Assembly (NCBI RefSeq): GCF_006345805.1
Contig: NC_043007.1
Span: 66,712,001-66,776,000, forward strand
Direction: 5' to 3'
Length of the DNA: 64,000 nt
Source: Octopus sinensis
Taxonomy: Eukaryota
Of the stretch, positions 25,115 to 38,460 are shown piece after piece. Below the pieces are notes generated by a model, which saw only the letters and a list, made by a program, of their open reading frames with translations, was not told the DNA's origin and did no database searches. Position 1 is the first letter of the stretch. Each line of letters starts with the position of its first letter. The translations under genes and the position numbers were made by a program.

Positions 25115-25422
25115 GAATTAAAAGCAGCGATAGTGTTGTAAACATTATCGACCACACATACTCAATTTATATGTTTTGTTTGTTCACCGGTTCACTGCGG
25201 AATAGTGCATGCGAGACGACTCCCTCATAACGCTGGGAGTTAAAACACATGAATGTTATAGACAGGCGACACAGTTTGTTGTGATCTGATTCAGGAGTGA
25301 CCCAGCATGATGAGGGAATTGACCTCTTGGCGCTTAGCCGCAGCGAGCCGGCGACCAAGCAGAACACACATGGAGTATGTGTAGCCGATAATGTTTACAA
25401 TACTAGCGCTGCTATTGAATTC
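25115..25422. mobile_element. Old foldback/MITE-like inverted repeat
   Basis: 25115-25204 and the reverse complement of 25333-25422 share gcagcg(a/c)tagt(g/a)ttgtaaacattatcg...cacatactc...ccgg(t/c)tc(a/g)ctgcgg. A partial third copy lies near 25625. Confidence 0.55.
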
Positions 25423-26010
25423 ATTCTTACGTATGTATCACCATGGCATACCAACAAACAGATTTTACACTATTTATACATAGTCATAGATTGGCGATTC
25501 GATTCCGGGTTCGATTCAAGTATGTGACGTTGCTAAGCCACAACAAATGGCGAAATATTGGGATCGGGGGCGAGTTGTCACGCCTGTCTATGACTTTAAG
25601 GTGCTCAAACACCTAAAGCGCTTACCCGCAGCGAACCGGCGAACAAACCTGTTTCCAGGTCTACTCTTACTCGGATAATAACAACCGTTAGGGTCCCAGC
25701 TATTGGTTAACTAGCATGTGAATCACCAGAAGTGAAGGGTCCTAGTTCTCGTTTGAATTTCCTTCTAGGAGAAAGTAGTCTTATGAGAAACTTGAAATGC
25801 AGTTGAATTATGGTCATCTCAACCATTGGTTCTATTGCTGATTGCGCTGAGAAGTGGGTTTAAAGGTGTGCAGCGCTTTACTTACTCAAAACAAATTCGT
25901 GTAGAGAAACATCTTGGACTTTCACAACGTTTATTCTGACTTTCTGAGTTGAGGGAGTGGTGTTACTCGGTCAGAAGTTGAGTTCTGGAAATCAATTTGT
26001 GATTTCTACA

Positions 26011-26062
<52 letters not shown>

Positions 26063-26140
26063 GAATAGGGAAATAGATATATAGATAGATAGATAGATAG
26101 ACAAAGACAGATGGATAGACAGACAGACAGGCAGACAGAC

Positions 26141-26195
<55 letters not shown>

Positions 26196-26419
26196 CATAC
26201 AAATGCATAGATAGACAGACAGACACTCACACAGACAGACACTCACACAGACAGACACACAGACAGACTCACAGGCAGACACACAGACAGACTGACGGGC
26301 AGGGAAACATATTCACACACACACGCATATGCACAAATATGAATAGGGGCATTCAGACACGCACACAACACACACGCACACACACACACAGAGACGCACA
26401 CACACACACACACACACCA

Positions 26420-26463
<44 letters not shown>

Positions 26464-26709
26464 GATCCTAACACAAATATAATGGCGAACACCAACATGG
26501 TAATCCATTGACTTGCAGTTAAAATAACAATGAATAAATCGGCTTTACAGTAAGTAAGTTATTGCTTGTATTTCAAGACATCTGCTGTAAATCCCAGACG
26601 AAAAGCCTCGACATAAAGCCAGGCACACTTCTGCTGATCTTACACCTTTCTAGTTTTTTTGTTTCCTTTTTTTTAATTTTTTTTTATCTTCAGATTAACA
26701 TTATTCCTG

Positions 26710-26748
<39 letters not shown>

Positions 26749-26854
26749 CCATCATCACCATCATCATCAACGTCGTCGTCGTTGTGGTCTTTGTTGTCAA
26801 ACGTAGCCATCGTCATCATTATCCTTGTCGTCGAGGTCGTTATCATTGCACTTT

Positions 26855-26894
<40 letters not shown>

Positions 26895-26942
26895 GCCACT
26901 ACTACTGCCACTACTACTACTACTACAACTGCTACCACTACA

Positions 26943-26975
<33 letters not shown>

Positions 26976-27093
26976 GCCACTACTACTGCACTACTACTAC
27001 TAGTACTACTACTACTACCACTGCTACCACTACAACTACTACTATTACTACTACTATTACTACTACTATTACTACTACTATTACTACTACTAT

Positions 27094-27142
<49 letters not shown>

Positions 27143-27354
27143 GCCACTACTACTGCCACTACTACTACTAGTACTACTACTACTACTACCACTGCTACCA
27201 CTACAACTACTACTATTACTACTACTACTACTACTACTACTGCCACTACTACTGCCACTACTACTACTAGTACTACTACTACTACCACTGCTACCACTAC
27301 AACTACTACTATTACTACTACTATTACTACTACTATTACTACTACTACTACTAC

Positions 27355-27402
<48 letters not shown>

Positions 27403-27640
27403 GAGATGAAGTAGTAGTTGTTCTTGTTCTTGTTGTAGTGGTAGTAGTTGTAGTATTGCAGATGCTCGTGTTCATTTTCATATCAATCTTGTTTATTTTC
27501 GTTCCTCGTCATCATCATCATCATCGTCGTCGTCGTCGTCGTCGTCATCGTCATCCATGATCATCGTCATAATCAAATTTGCCTTATACTTCTCTTTCAC
27601 TTTTTCTTCATCTTCATCATCATCATCATCATCATCAACG
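26710..27640. repeat. (CAT)n/(ACT)n/(AAT)n compound trinucleotide array with higher-order duplication
   Basis: The variant block actagtactactactactaccactgctaccactacaact recurs three times (~26998, ~27166, ~27266). Confidence 0.95.
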
Positions 27641-27725
27641 TCATGATTACTTTTACTGTTACGAAAGGGTGTTGATGGGGTAACAACAAATGCAATGGGA
27701 CGCTATACACAATCACTGGCGATAA

Positions 27726-28243
27726 CCGTAAATCCTCGAGTATAATCCGCATTTTTTCCCCAAAAATTTAACGGTCAAAATCCCTAGTGCGTACTATATA
27801 CGAGGTTAAAAATGAAAAATATTTTCTAAGCAATGTCCGAGTCTCTATTTGCTGTCCGGCAATGTTTATTCAGATGCATTTTGTGATGTCGGGCGCGAAA
27901 ATACCTTAAGCTAAGCCTGAAAGCAATGAAGTCATAAAAGAATTATCCATAACTTGCAGTAAGCAACATTTATTCAACGTTATTACTGTTATTTCTTTAT
28001 TTTCTGCAAACAAAATGCACAAAAAAAGCTACACATTTGCATTATGTTATATATACAATAACAATAAAGGACGTTACCGTATACATTTTTACACCCAAGG
28101 ACGTTATATAGACCTCCTTGATTCAAGTTAGAGAAGGGGGGCGTATTGTACACAAGGTTTAGGTTTTTGAGAGGTACAGCCCCCCCCCCTAAAAATCCCC
28201 TGCGTATTATACTCAAGGGCGGACTATAATCGAGGATTTACGG
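27726..28243. mobile_element. 518-bp MITE, Tc1/mariner-pogo-like CCGTA termini
   Basis: TIRs ccgtaaatcctcgagtataatccgc and gcggactataatcgaggatttacgg (23/25 complementary). No ORF; a TA TSD is not clearly preserved. Confidence 0.75.
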
Positions 28244-28399
28244 AATTCATTTTGATTATTGACATTCCGGTTTCAATTCTAGCTGGAGTCCTTGCGCATC
28301 TGATGTCAAGTAAATGAATCTAAGGAAAGATTTGTTTTAACCAATGTTATCGAATCCGCTCTTTCCTCCTTACAAAATAGGTGGCTCTTGTGATTCACA

Positions 28400-29050
28400 G
28401 GTTTTGTAAGGCGGGAGCCGAAGGATTTCTGGATTAACGTTACTCGGTAAGGTGAGTAGCTCGGAGATCAGAGAGTCCCTCCAGGTCAAGTCGCTATTTC
28501 TCTGTGAATAGGTAGGAGAGTCCAGTTTGCTGGACATTGTTGTAGAGCTGAAAAAGAAGTAATTTCTACTCTTCTCCTCTGGAAGCCATCTACTCGCAAT
28601 ACCAGAGGGCGCACACTCTCCTACCCTGATGTAATCTCCAGGGATACAGGCATCCAGCAACAGGACCTCTGTAATGCCATGATGGACCGTGAAGTCTGGC
28701 GTAGCATGGTAAATTCCATTGTCTCGACCACGGTCGAACAATGATGATGATGATTTCTCCGTATTGAGAGGTTACAGCTCCGGCACTACAGACATGTGAT
28801 TAGAATGTCGCAGGAAAGAATTGTCAAGACGGATTCTTCAAGACGAACCAACCGGCAGGAGACCTAGGAGTAAACCAACAATTAGATGGCTGAATAATAT
28901 CCATAATTTCAGTTGGTTGTGCTTGGGAATCCAACCGGAAAGTCTAATGACGGTTGCTTCTGACGGAACCTTATGGAAGAGGTGCCTGAGGACTCTTTCG
29001 CTCACGATCCTCCCAAGAATTGTGGATGGAGAAGCTAGATGAATAGATGA
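28400..29050 (+). mobile_element. RTE (BovB-like) LINE 3' end, interrupted by a nested RTE fragment
   Basis: RISGLTLLGKVSSSEIRESLQVKSLFL resumes after the insert as RIERLQLRHYRHVIRMSQERI...TGRRPRSKPTIRWLNNI. Confidence 0.75.
28506..28752 (+). mobile_element. Nested RTE-type 3' fragment with (ATG)n tail and ~10-bp TSD
   Basis: FAGHCCRAEKEVISTLLLWKPSTRNTRGRTLSYPDVISRDTG...AMMDREVWR...EQ then tgatgatga. Flanks atttctctgt (28496-28505) and atttctccgt (28753-28762). Confidence 0.8.
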
Positions 29051-29064
29051 ATGAGAGAAATTCT

Positions 29065-29553
29065 TAGCAGGGTGAATTGACCGAATCATTAGAGCTTTGG
29101 ACAAAATGCCTTGCGGTATTCGTTCCGCTTCTTTATGTTCCAGTTCCAAATTCCGCCGAAGTCAACTTCCACCGAGGCCTTTTGTCCTTTCGGGATCGAT
29201 AAATCCAATTAAAAACTTGGAGTCGACGATACAATCGGCTAACCTCCTCCCACTAAAATCGCTGGCTTTCTGCCGAAGTTTAGAAAAGATTATTATTATT
29301 ATTATTATTATTATATTATTATTATTATTATTATTATTATGAAGACAACAAGCTATAGAATCGTTAGCACGCCAGACAAAATGCTTAGCGAGCATTTCGT
29401 CTGTCTTTATATTCTTGGTTCAAATGCCGCCGAGATCAACTTTGCCTTTCATCCTCTCGGGGCCAATAAAATAAGTACCAGTTGCAGACTGGAATCAATA
29501 TAATCGACTTACTCACCTTCCCGAACTTGCTGGCATAGTGCCAAAATTTGAAA
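29065..29553 (+). mobile_element. Two degenerate SINE family A monomers (tail B), separated and followed by (ATT)n/(ATC)n
   Basis: Heads/cores at ~29065-29288 and ~29341-29553 (ttcaaatgccgccgagatcaactttgcctttcatcc). Confidence 0.65.
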
Positions 29554-29555
29554 TT

Positions 29556-29597
<42 letters not shown>

Positions 29598-29627
29598 TCA
29601 TCATCATCATCATCATCATTATTATTA

Positions 29628-29691
<64 letters not shown>

Positions 29692-30291
29692 CATCATCAT
29701 CATCATCATTGTCACCATCATCATCATCATCATCATCATCACCATCATCATTATTATTATTATCATTATTGAATAAGAGAGCAGTGCATGCCATCAAAGT
29801 GACGCTGGAGTAAAATAAACGAAGCCCAGTATACCTATCATGACTGATAAGATTACACCAGGCACATGCATCACAACAATATGTACGAAACATGGTGATC
29901 ACATATCAAAATAAAAAGCGCATGACCTTGCAGATGGGGCCCAGTTAGAATTTTCTTCAGGTCGAGTAGTCCATCCCACTCAAAAAGCCCCTGAATAAGT
30001 TTTGTTTAAGGATGTTGAACGACAGACCCATGTTTCCAGAAGTGAAACCCCAAAGAATTCTTCTCAGTACATGGCTAAGATGCTTCCCCACTACTTCTGC
30101 TAATGATCAGAGATGCACATATCGTTCGCCACTAAGGGACATGCTCAACTGGTTATGGTCAAACAACTGACAAGCAAATCTGTGGTATTGAGCAGAATAT
30201 TTGCTGTAGCCCATCTTTTATAACAAGACAAAACAATATACATAATAACACTTCCAATCAGTTAAGATCAGAAGCCATGAGAGCCACTGCT

Positions 30292-30948
30292 CTCAGCTTA
30301 TTTTTCTGGGTGTGGAGTAAAGTGTCAGGTGTCCACAGCCAACAGACTAAGGTGACACTCGTTTACTGGTCATGCTTTAAGAAGCCTTCGAAGAAGTCTT
30401 GCAGTCCCAAGCAATGCAGATTTTTGTAGGTGTTCTACCTTTGCATTTGTACCAATCTTTCTGAGCCATACAGGTAGTTGAGTGCTGATATTTTCAAGTG
30501 CGCCAATTACTATTGGTACCACGTCTACTCTCCTCATGGATCACAACCTTCGTATTTCCCACTTCAAATCGTCGTAGTTGTTTAGTTTTTCTTCTTGCTC
30601 TTTGATCCTGTTGTCACCATGACATGCTATGTCGAGTATCTTTCGTTTTTATTCACTTCAACAATGTTCGGTTTCCAATGTCTGGTCAGGTGATCGCACT
30701 GGATTATTGCATCCCACAGGATTTTACAATTTTCATTCTTGGTGACACCTTCTGGGGTTTTCTCATACCACGTCTTTTCTCCTTGTAGGCCGTGATTTCC
30801 ACAGAGCTCCCAAAGGATCATTCTGATCACATTGTCATGTGGTCATTTGTAATCGCGTTGTGCCAAATTCGGGAATTCGCTAACGATGTTCCATACCTCT
30901 TCACTATTCCCGCCACACAATCTGCATTTGTCGCTCTTTGTAGTGTCA
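30292..30948 (-). mobile_element. R4/Dong LINE 3' fragment (CCHC knuckle plus restriction-like endonuclease)
   Basis: Reverse complement: DKCRLCGGNSEEVWNIVSE...HDNVIRMILWELCG...ENCKILWD..IQCDH...KPNIV...YDDLKWEIRRL...VVPIVIGAL...LQKSALLGTARLLR. The 5' end abuts (AAT)n at 30949-31008. Confidence 0.85.
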
Positions 30949-30951
30949 TTA

Positions 30952-31009
<58 letters not shown>

Positions 31010-31199
31010 GGACATTGCCCGTTCGAGACAAGCTCTTCGGGCATGTAAGTGCCAACAGCCAAACCTACCCGTGATGCTTGCAGCGGGGACAAAACCGTCT
31101 TGCATATAAAAATTCAGTATCCGTGCATTAGAGATTTGTGGGATTGTGTGGAGTAGTTGTAGTCGCGTGCATAACGAATTCAGCTGCCTGCCGAGTGTA

Positions 31200-31660
31200 T
31201 GGTGAAGATCGACGCACTACTTTCCCTTAGCAAAGAAGGAAGGTAGATCTTCTTCTGCTTAGTGGCCGTGGAAAAAGAGGTTGTATGGTGGACCCGTCAG
31301 AAAGGTTTGAAGACAGGCACATTCCTATTTGGTCAAGCCCCCATCAATTTCTTCAAATATCATTTGAAGAGGAAGGTGTGGGTAGAGAAGCAGGTGTTGT
31401 CTTCTAGTGTGTTTATCAAAAGGTGGTCGACAGTGGCACGACTGGTGAGACTGAATGGATCTACTCTGAATATGCTTTTCTAAGTAGGAGGAAAGAAATG
31501 GGAGAGGGCACTTTCCTATGCCTTGGAGATGACAGAGTAAACCGAGATTTTTGCGTGGATTTTACACCGGATTACCCTAGGTGAAGTGCCCCGCTATTGG
31601 GGGCTTCTATTTATTTATTTAGTTATTATTTATCTCTCTACTCTCTATTATATATCCTCT
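31200..31660 (+). mobile_element. Diverged Tx1-subfamily ORF2 C-terminus and 3'UTR fragment
   Basis: ORF 31262-31483 (KEVVWWTRQKGLKTGTFLFGQAPINFFKYHLKRKVWVEKQVLSSSVFIKRW) parallels the C-terminus of the 39215-44284 element (KECIWWTRLKGLETNTFLSGQSLINFFKYHLKRK). No GATA flank. Confidence 0.8.
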
Positions 31661-31794
31661 GTTATATCCTTTAATGTGGTAGTATCACCCCTTGATTGAT
31701 GTTAACCGCACATGTCTTTTGCAATTTTTTTTGTGCTGTAACTCGTCCTTCGACATTGTCCTCCATGTCTTGGTCCCTTGTGGCCAATAAAAAA

Positions 31795-31809
31795 TCATCA
31801 TCATCATCA

Positions 31810-31842
<33 letters not shown>

Positions 31843-32052
31843 TATTATCATATTATTATTATTATTATATTATTATTTTATATTATTATTATTATTATTA
31901 TTATCATTATTATTATTATTATTCATTATTATATATTATTATTATCTTATTATTATCTATTATTATTATTATTATTCTTATTTTATTTTATTATATATTA
32001 TTCATTATATGATTATTATTTTATTATTATTCTATTATTATTATTACCATTA

Positions 32053-32100
<48 letters not shown>

Positions 32101-32160
32101 TATTATTATTATTTTCATCATCATTATTTTTATTATCGTCGTTGTTGTCGTCATCATGAT
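31795..32160. repeat. (CAT)n/(ATT)n array
   Basis: Directly visible. Confidence 0.95.
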
Positions 32161-32189
32161 CATCAATAGCTATAATTATTCTATCTACA

Positions 32190-32395
32190 ATAGGCACTGG
32201 GCCTGAAATTTCGTGGTAAGGAGTCAGTCGATAACATTAACCCTAGTGCTTAACTGATACATATTTCATCGATCCCGAGACGATAAAAATAAATTCGATC
32301 TTAGCGGAATTTGAACTCACGACGTAAATAGCCGGAGGAAATGTACCTAAACATTTTGTCCGGGGCGGCAACGTATCTGACAGCTCGCCGCCAAA
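32190..32395 (-). mobile_element. SINE family A monomer, degenerate (tail B)
   Basis: gggcctgaaattt...gcggaatttgaactcac...cagctcgccgcc. Confidence 0.65.
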
Positions 32396-32396
32396 C

Positions 32397-32454
<58 letters not shown>

Positions 32455-32457
32455 ATA

Positions 32458-32843
32458 ATCTTTTCTATTATAGGTACCAGGCCTGAAATGGGGGAGGGGT
32501 ATAGTCAATTACATCGACCCCAATACTCAACTGTTACTTAATTTATCGACCCCGAAAGGATGAAAGGCAAAGTCGACTGCGGCAGAATTTGCATTCAGAA
32601 CGGGAGAAATACCTATTTCTTTACTACCCACAAGGGGCTAAACACAGAGAGGACAAAGAAAGGCAGACAAACGGATTAAATCGATTATATCGACTCAATG
32701 CGTAACTGGTACTTAATTTATCGACTCCGAAAGGATGAAAGGCAAAGTCGACCTCGGCGGAATTTGAACTCAGAACATAACGGCAGACGAAATACCGCTA
32801 AGCATTTCGCCCGGCGTGCTAACGTTTCTGCCAGCTCGCCGCC
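32458..32843 (-). mobile_element. SINE family A dimer (head, Tx1-tail unit, then tail-B unit)
   Basis: Head ends at 32843; the junction gaaatac|ctatttc is at 32612/32613; the first unit is 183 bp. Flanked by (TAG)n and (AAT)n. Confidence 0.85.
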
Positions 32844-32906
<63 letters not shown>

Positions 32907-32919
32907 GTAATAATAATAA

Positions 32920-33314
32920 GAGAAGAAAAAAAAAAAGTGCTTTCTAATTGATGTATCAATACCGGCAGATGACAACGTGTCTCTAAAAGAATGGAGAAAC
33001 TCTCAAAATACAAAGACCTGGAAATAGAGGTAACTAGAATGTGGAACCGAAAAACAGAAACAATTCCTATCATAGTAGGTGCATTAGGCATGATAAAAAA
33101 AATATTCAGACAAATACATAACAAAAACACCAGGACTTCCAAACACATATAACATACAGAAAATTGCACTACTAGGCACTGCACACATCCTACGCAGAAC
33201 ACTTTCCATACAATAACCATCAGAGCATCACAACAAATCACACACACATACCAAGGCACACAGAGCTGCGCTCGGTAGTGAAGTGAAAGCACGCTATAAA
33301 AATAAAACTACTGA
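32920..33314 (+). mobile_element. R4/Dong LINE 3' end (RLE C-terminus plus 3'UTR) inside (TAA)n
   Basis: CFLIDVSIPADDNVSLKE..KLSKYKDLEIEVTRMW...TIPIIVGALGMI...IQKIALLGTAHILRRTLS. (AAT)n on both sides (32846-32918 and 33315-33420). Confidence 0.85.
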
Positions 33315-33815
33315 ATAATATAATAATAATAATATATAATAATTAATAATAATAATAATAAAATAATAATAATAATAAATAATAATAATAATAATGATAA
33401 TAATAATAATAATAATAATAAGCGCCCAAAATGGTTTACACAGAACATGTGTTTCATTACCTATGCTCTATTCAGCAAAGTCCAAAATCCTCCGTTAATC
33501 CTTAATAATTAAAAAATTAAGAAAAAGAAAAAGAATTTTTGCGTCACCTGAAACAAAGCGATACAGAGGCCGACGGCTATTCGACTTTCATTTATCTGCG
33601 TTCCTGAATGTAATCTTTCCGCACGCGCGAGCGGATGTGTGTGTGTTTGTGTGTGAGTGATCGCGCGTGCAATGAAGTGACATGTGTAAGTATTGTCAGC
33701 TACGGATACCTTATGTCTGATAGTGCAGCATTTTGCGCAGGCGGTGGAATTTTTTATTAACGAATCTCTTCCCCTTCATCTCTATTTGTCACTCCCTAGA
33801 CATACATACATACAT

Positions 33816-33846
<31 letters not shown>

Positions 33847-33864
33847 TAAATATATATAAATATC

Positions 33865-33979
<115 letters not shown>

Positions 33980-34130
33980 TGTTTGTTCCTTTCCGAGCCA
34001 CGCCTTGCTCATAAGGCCCGGCTTCCCGGTTTCCATGGTGTATAGGTCCCCCACCTGGATGGGACGCCGGTCTGTCGCAGGTGTGCTGCAAGACGCAGAG
34101 GAAAAAGTGAGAGAAAGTTGTGGCGAAAAT
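33980..34130 (-). mobile_element. SINE 3' fragment with V-domain-like sequence, 3' end abutting (TATC)n
   Basis: Reverse complement cacctgcgacagaccggcgtcccatccaggtggggg...gaaaccgggaagccgggccttatgag...ggaacaaacaa|tctatctatc resembles the V-SINE cctgcgatggactggcgtcc motif (from recall). Confidence 0.55.
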
Positions 34131-34224
34131 ACCCAGTACAGTACTGTTTCTACTTAGCAGGATTTCGCCTATCGCGGCGGATTACTGCATAACAAATTGC
34201 GAATAATACGTATTTAAGATCTAT

Positions 34225-34545
34225 CTATCTATCCGCTCAGTCGAAGTCGACTCTCGGTTACTCGTTGGATCAGTGTCCTCCAGTCAGTTCTATCCTGGGC
34301 CGCTTCTTTCAGATTGGCTATGTCCATTCCGGTATCACTTTTGATGGTATCAAGTCAGCGGGCTCTTGGTCGGCCTCTTCCTCTCTTGCCACTGACCATT
34401 CCGAGCATGATGTCCTTCTCCAGGGATTTTCTCCGCATAATATGACCGAAATATGCCAATCTATGCTTGGTGATCCTAGCTTCTAGCGACATTTTCGGCC
34501 TGATCTGCTTAAGAACTTCTCCATTGGTGAGCCTGATACTCAAAC
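34225..34545 (-). mobile_element. RTE LINE 3' end with short (GATA) tail
   Basis: SLEARITKHRLAYFGHIMRRKSLEKDIMLGMVSGKRGRGRPRAR*LDTIKSDTG...AAQDRTDWR. Confidence 0.85.
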
Positions 34546-34744
34546 ATTAATACAGATTTTTTAAAATCTGGAATTACTTTTGGAGATATCAGCTTCATGA
34601 TTCAATTAGAAAACTGATTATTACTCACTAGAACGAAGCCATCTTACTTCGCGAGACAGCGTTTTCCTGATGTCTTTGTTTATACTTCTAGGATTGTAAA
34701 GGTTGCACATATATTTGCAATGCTGCTTTTTCTCCAAATTATTT

Positions 34745-35283
34745 TAGGGGATGGGACCTGTCGATTAGACCGACTCCAGTACACAACTGGCACTTAATTT
34801 ATCGACCCCGAAAGCATGAAAGGCAAAGTCGACCTCGGCGGAATTTGAACTCAGAACGTAAAGACAGACGAAATACCTATTTCTTTACTACCCACAAGGG
34901 GCTAAACACAGAGGGGACAAACAAGGACAGACAAACGGATTAAGTTGATTATATCGACCCCAGTGCGTAACTGGTACTTATTTAATCGACCCCGAAAGGA
35001 TGAAAAGCAAAGTCGACCTCGGTGGAATTTGAACTCAGAACGTAGCGGCAGACGAAATACCTATTTCTTTATTACCCACAAGGGGCTAAACACAGAGGGG
35101 ACAAACAAGGACAGACATAGGTATTAAGTCGATTACATCGACCCCAGTGCGTAACTGGTACTTAATTTATCGACCCCGAAAGGATGAAAGGCAAAGTCGA
35201 CCTCGGCGGAATTTGAACTCACAACGTAACGGCAGACGAAATACCGCTAAGCATTTCGCCCGGCGTGCTAACGTTTCTGCCAG
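34745..35283 (-). mobile_element. SINE family A trimer (head, two Tx1-tail units, final tail-B unit)
   Basis: Junctions gaaatac|ctatttc at 34876/34877 and 35060/35061; period 184 bp. Confidence 0.88.
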
Positions 35284-35301
35284 AGTCAGTCAAAACATAT
35301 T

Positions 35302-35665
35302 GATTCCAGTATTCTTTCATATTCTTGGGTACTTCTGAAGAAATAAAAAGTTGATCAAGAAAAGCAGTTTTATTTTACTTACGTCAGACGGCAATAACTA
35401 TAGAAAATGCCACTCCCACCCACCACCAACTTTGTTTCCTCATAACTTTCTGAAAAAACATGGATATTTTAAATGAAAAATGCGAATCGGATTCTAGTAT
35501 CCTTTCATATTATTGTGTACGGTTGAAAAAATAAAAACTCGATCAAGAAAAGCAGTTTTATTTTATTTATGTCAGACGGGCACAACTATAGAAAATTCCC
35601 AACCACCACCACCACCAAGTTTGTTTCCTCATAACTTTCTGAAAAAATGGATATTTTTCATTAAA
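35302..35665. repeat. 188-bp tandem duplication (plus degenerate third part ~35770-35820), probably subterminal repeats of a DNA transposon
   Basis: gatcaagaaaagcagttttattt at 35353 and 35541; tttgtttcctcataactttctgaaaaaa is repeated. Confidence 0.75.
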
Positions 35666-36317
35666 AAAAAAGAGAAAGTACGTTTCGAGTGTGTAAATTA
35701 CGATTACATTGGAATTTGTAGTGGAAAATTGAGGTTGGGAGAGGAATTTCGGATAATTCATATGCCTAGAATTTGTTTCCCCATAACTTTAAAAAAAATT
35801 GGTATTTGTTAATGAAATTTTCTACAAATACCTTTCAGATCGTGTAGATTATCACTATGTCGGAATTTAATGCGAAAAATATGCGGTGGGGGATATTTCA
35901 CGCACCTCCATTTTCTCTCTTCTTACGTTGATAAAAAAGAAGAAAAATTACTTTTGAAGACTATTCAACTCTTCCACTTCTGGAATTCGTTCGATGAATA
36001 TTTTTTAAGAGGCTGAAATATTTAAGAGATTCCGGCATATTTTGGTATGGTCGTTTGGCATGCTACATGCTTTAGAATAAACCCAAACGATTCTTGCTAT
36101 TTCTAGCATACTGAACGACTACGTAGAGGATGGCTTCCCTTTAAGTTTGTTTAAAAGAGTTTAAAGACTGCAATAAGAATAATGAACGAATGTGTACTAT
36201 AAGACGAATAAAGAATACAAATGAAAATTAGATTTAATACAGAAAAATTACAAAAATTGCGAATCAAATGTGTAAAAATCATTTAGTGATTAGCAGAGAA
36301 CCGCCTGGAGGCTGGTT

Positions 36318-36394
<77 letters not shown>

Positions 36395-36408
36395 GTATGT
36401 ATATATAT

Positions 36409-36477
<69 letters not shown>

Positions 36478-37073
36478 GCATATATATATATATATTATAT
36501 ATATATATATATATATGTATGTATATATATATATATATGTAGATATATATGTATATATATATATATTTGAAATAAAAAGAACAGGAGAGTCATGGCTGGA
36601 ATGTCTCTGATCGTAGGTGTCTGGTTCAATCAGAAATAACCTTGAGCAATACAAAAAAACAACAACAAAAACGACACGAGAATTTCATGGTGCTCTTCCG
36701 CGCGACGCGAGAGACGATAACATTTTTCTGCCGGCTTATTTATCACGCCCCGCCACCACAGCTTCCAAGTGTTAAATATTTGTGTAAACGCCTCAGCGCA
36801 TAAGATATTTCACTAATGCACATTCATTCGGTGATGTGTTGATTGCAGCAAATATATATATAAATGCGCATGGAATCTCCATTGCATTGCATTAGCAGTC
36901 GTCGTCTACAAATGGGAATTTTGCGCAAAACACTCTCAATCGCACGCGCGCGCACACACACACACACACACAAACACACACGCACATGCATATACACACG
37001 CACACATTAAACACACATGCACCAACCATCCTTCTTTAATGCACTTAGCTGAGTCCTGGTGCGATTATATATT

Positions 37074-37128
<55 letters not shown>

Positions 37129-37146
37129 ATATACATATATATATAC

Positions 37147-37193
<47 letters not shown>

Positions 37194-37889
37194 CATATAT
37201 ATTATATATACACACATATAGATGTATAATTATATGTATGTCTACAGTTGTATATATATATACACATACATATATATATATATATATATACATATATATA
37301 CATATTTGTGTGCATAATTATCTCTCTCCCTCTCTCTCCCACTTTCCCTCAATATATATATATATATAATATACATACACATATACATATACATATACAT
37401 ATATATATGTGCATGTATGAGTGTGTGTGAGTGCGTGAGTGCGTGCGTGCACGTGTGCGTGTGTGTGTCTGTGTGTGGATGCATGTACATGCATGTTATT
37501 CATTCTTTTTCGTGTGCATGTGTTGGCAGGGAGAGGGCATATCTAAAATACCTTCTCACCTCCTCCCTTGAGCGCACGTTCTCTTTACGTCTCCGTTTCT
37601 TCATCAAACTTTCCTCTCTCTCTCTCTCTCTCTCTCTCTAGTTTAATTTCTCTCTTCCACTCACTCTCCTCTATCTCTCTCACTCCCCCTCTTTCTCACT
37701 CTCTTCCCTCTCTCTCTCAATCTCTATTTCTCTCTCTTGTCTTTCTAACTCCGGAGTTATCTTAAGTAGCAATTTGCTGACATTTTTCTCCCATTTATCT
37801 ATCATTCAATCAATCAGTCTATCTTTCCGCCACTCTATCCATCTATCGGTCTACTTACCTTACCTATCTATCCAACGTACTTGATTATC

Positions 37890-37900
37890 TGTCCATCTAT

Positions 37901-37974
<74 letters not shown>

Positions 37975-38015
37975 GTCTGTCTGTCTGTCTGTCAATCTAT
38001 CTATCCATCTATCTC

Positions 38016-38068
<53 letters not shown>

Positions 38069-38147
38069 ATATATATATATATATATATATATTCGTCAAT
38101 CTGTTTATATATGTCTACACAGCTGTCTACATATAAAGTTATATATG

Positions 38148-38181
<34 letters not shown>

Positions 38182-38195
38182 CGTATGTACGTATG

Positions 38196-38229
<34 letters not shown>

Positions 38230-38460
38230 TGTATGTATGTATGTATGTACGTATTTATGTATTTATGTATGTATGTATGTATGCATGTATGTATCTTTCT
38301 ATCGATGTATCTATTTACCTATCTGTCTGTCTATCTATTTGTCAATCTACATACTACATATCTATGTATTTGTCTGCCTACATACTTAACTATCCGTCTT
38401 CCTATTAGCTTATCAATCTATCTATCGATATATCTGTCTACCGACTTACCAAAATACCAG
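37890..38460. repeat. (TATC)n/(TATG)n compound microsatellite
   Basis: Directly visible. Confidence 0.9.

Noticed and set aside
29900-30291. Specific classification of this complex segment (possible LINE 5' region)
   Set aside because: It looks like an interspersed repeat, but there is no second copy or protein motif in the window to support a call.
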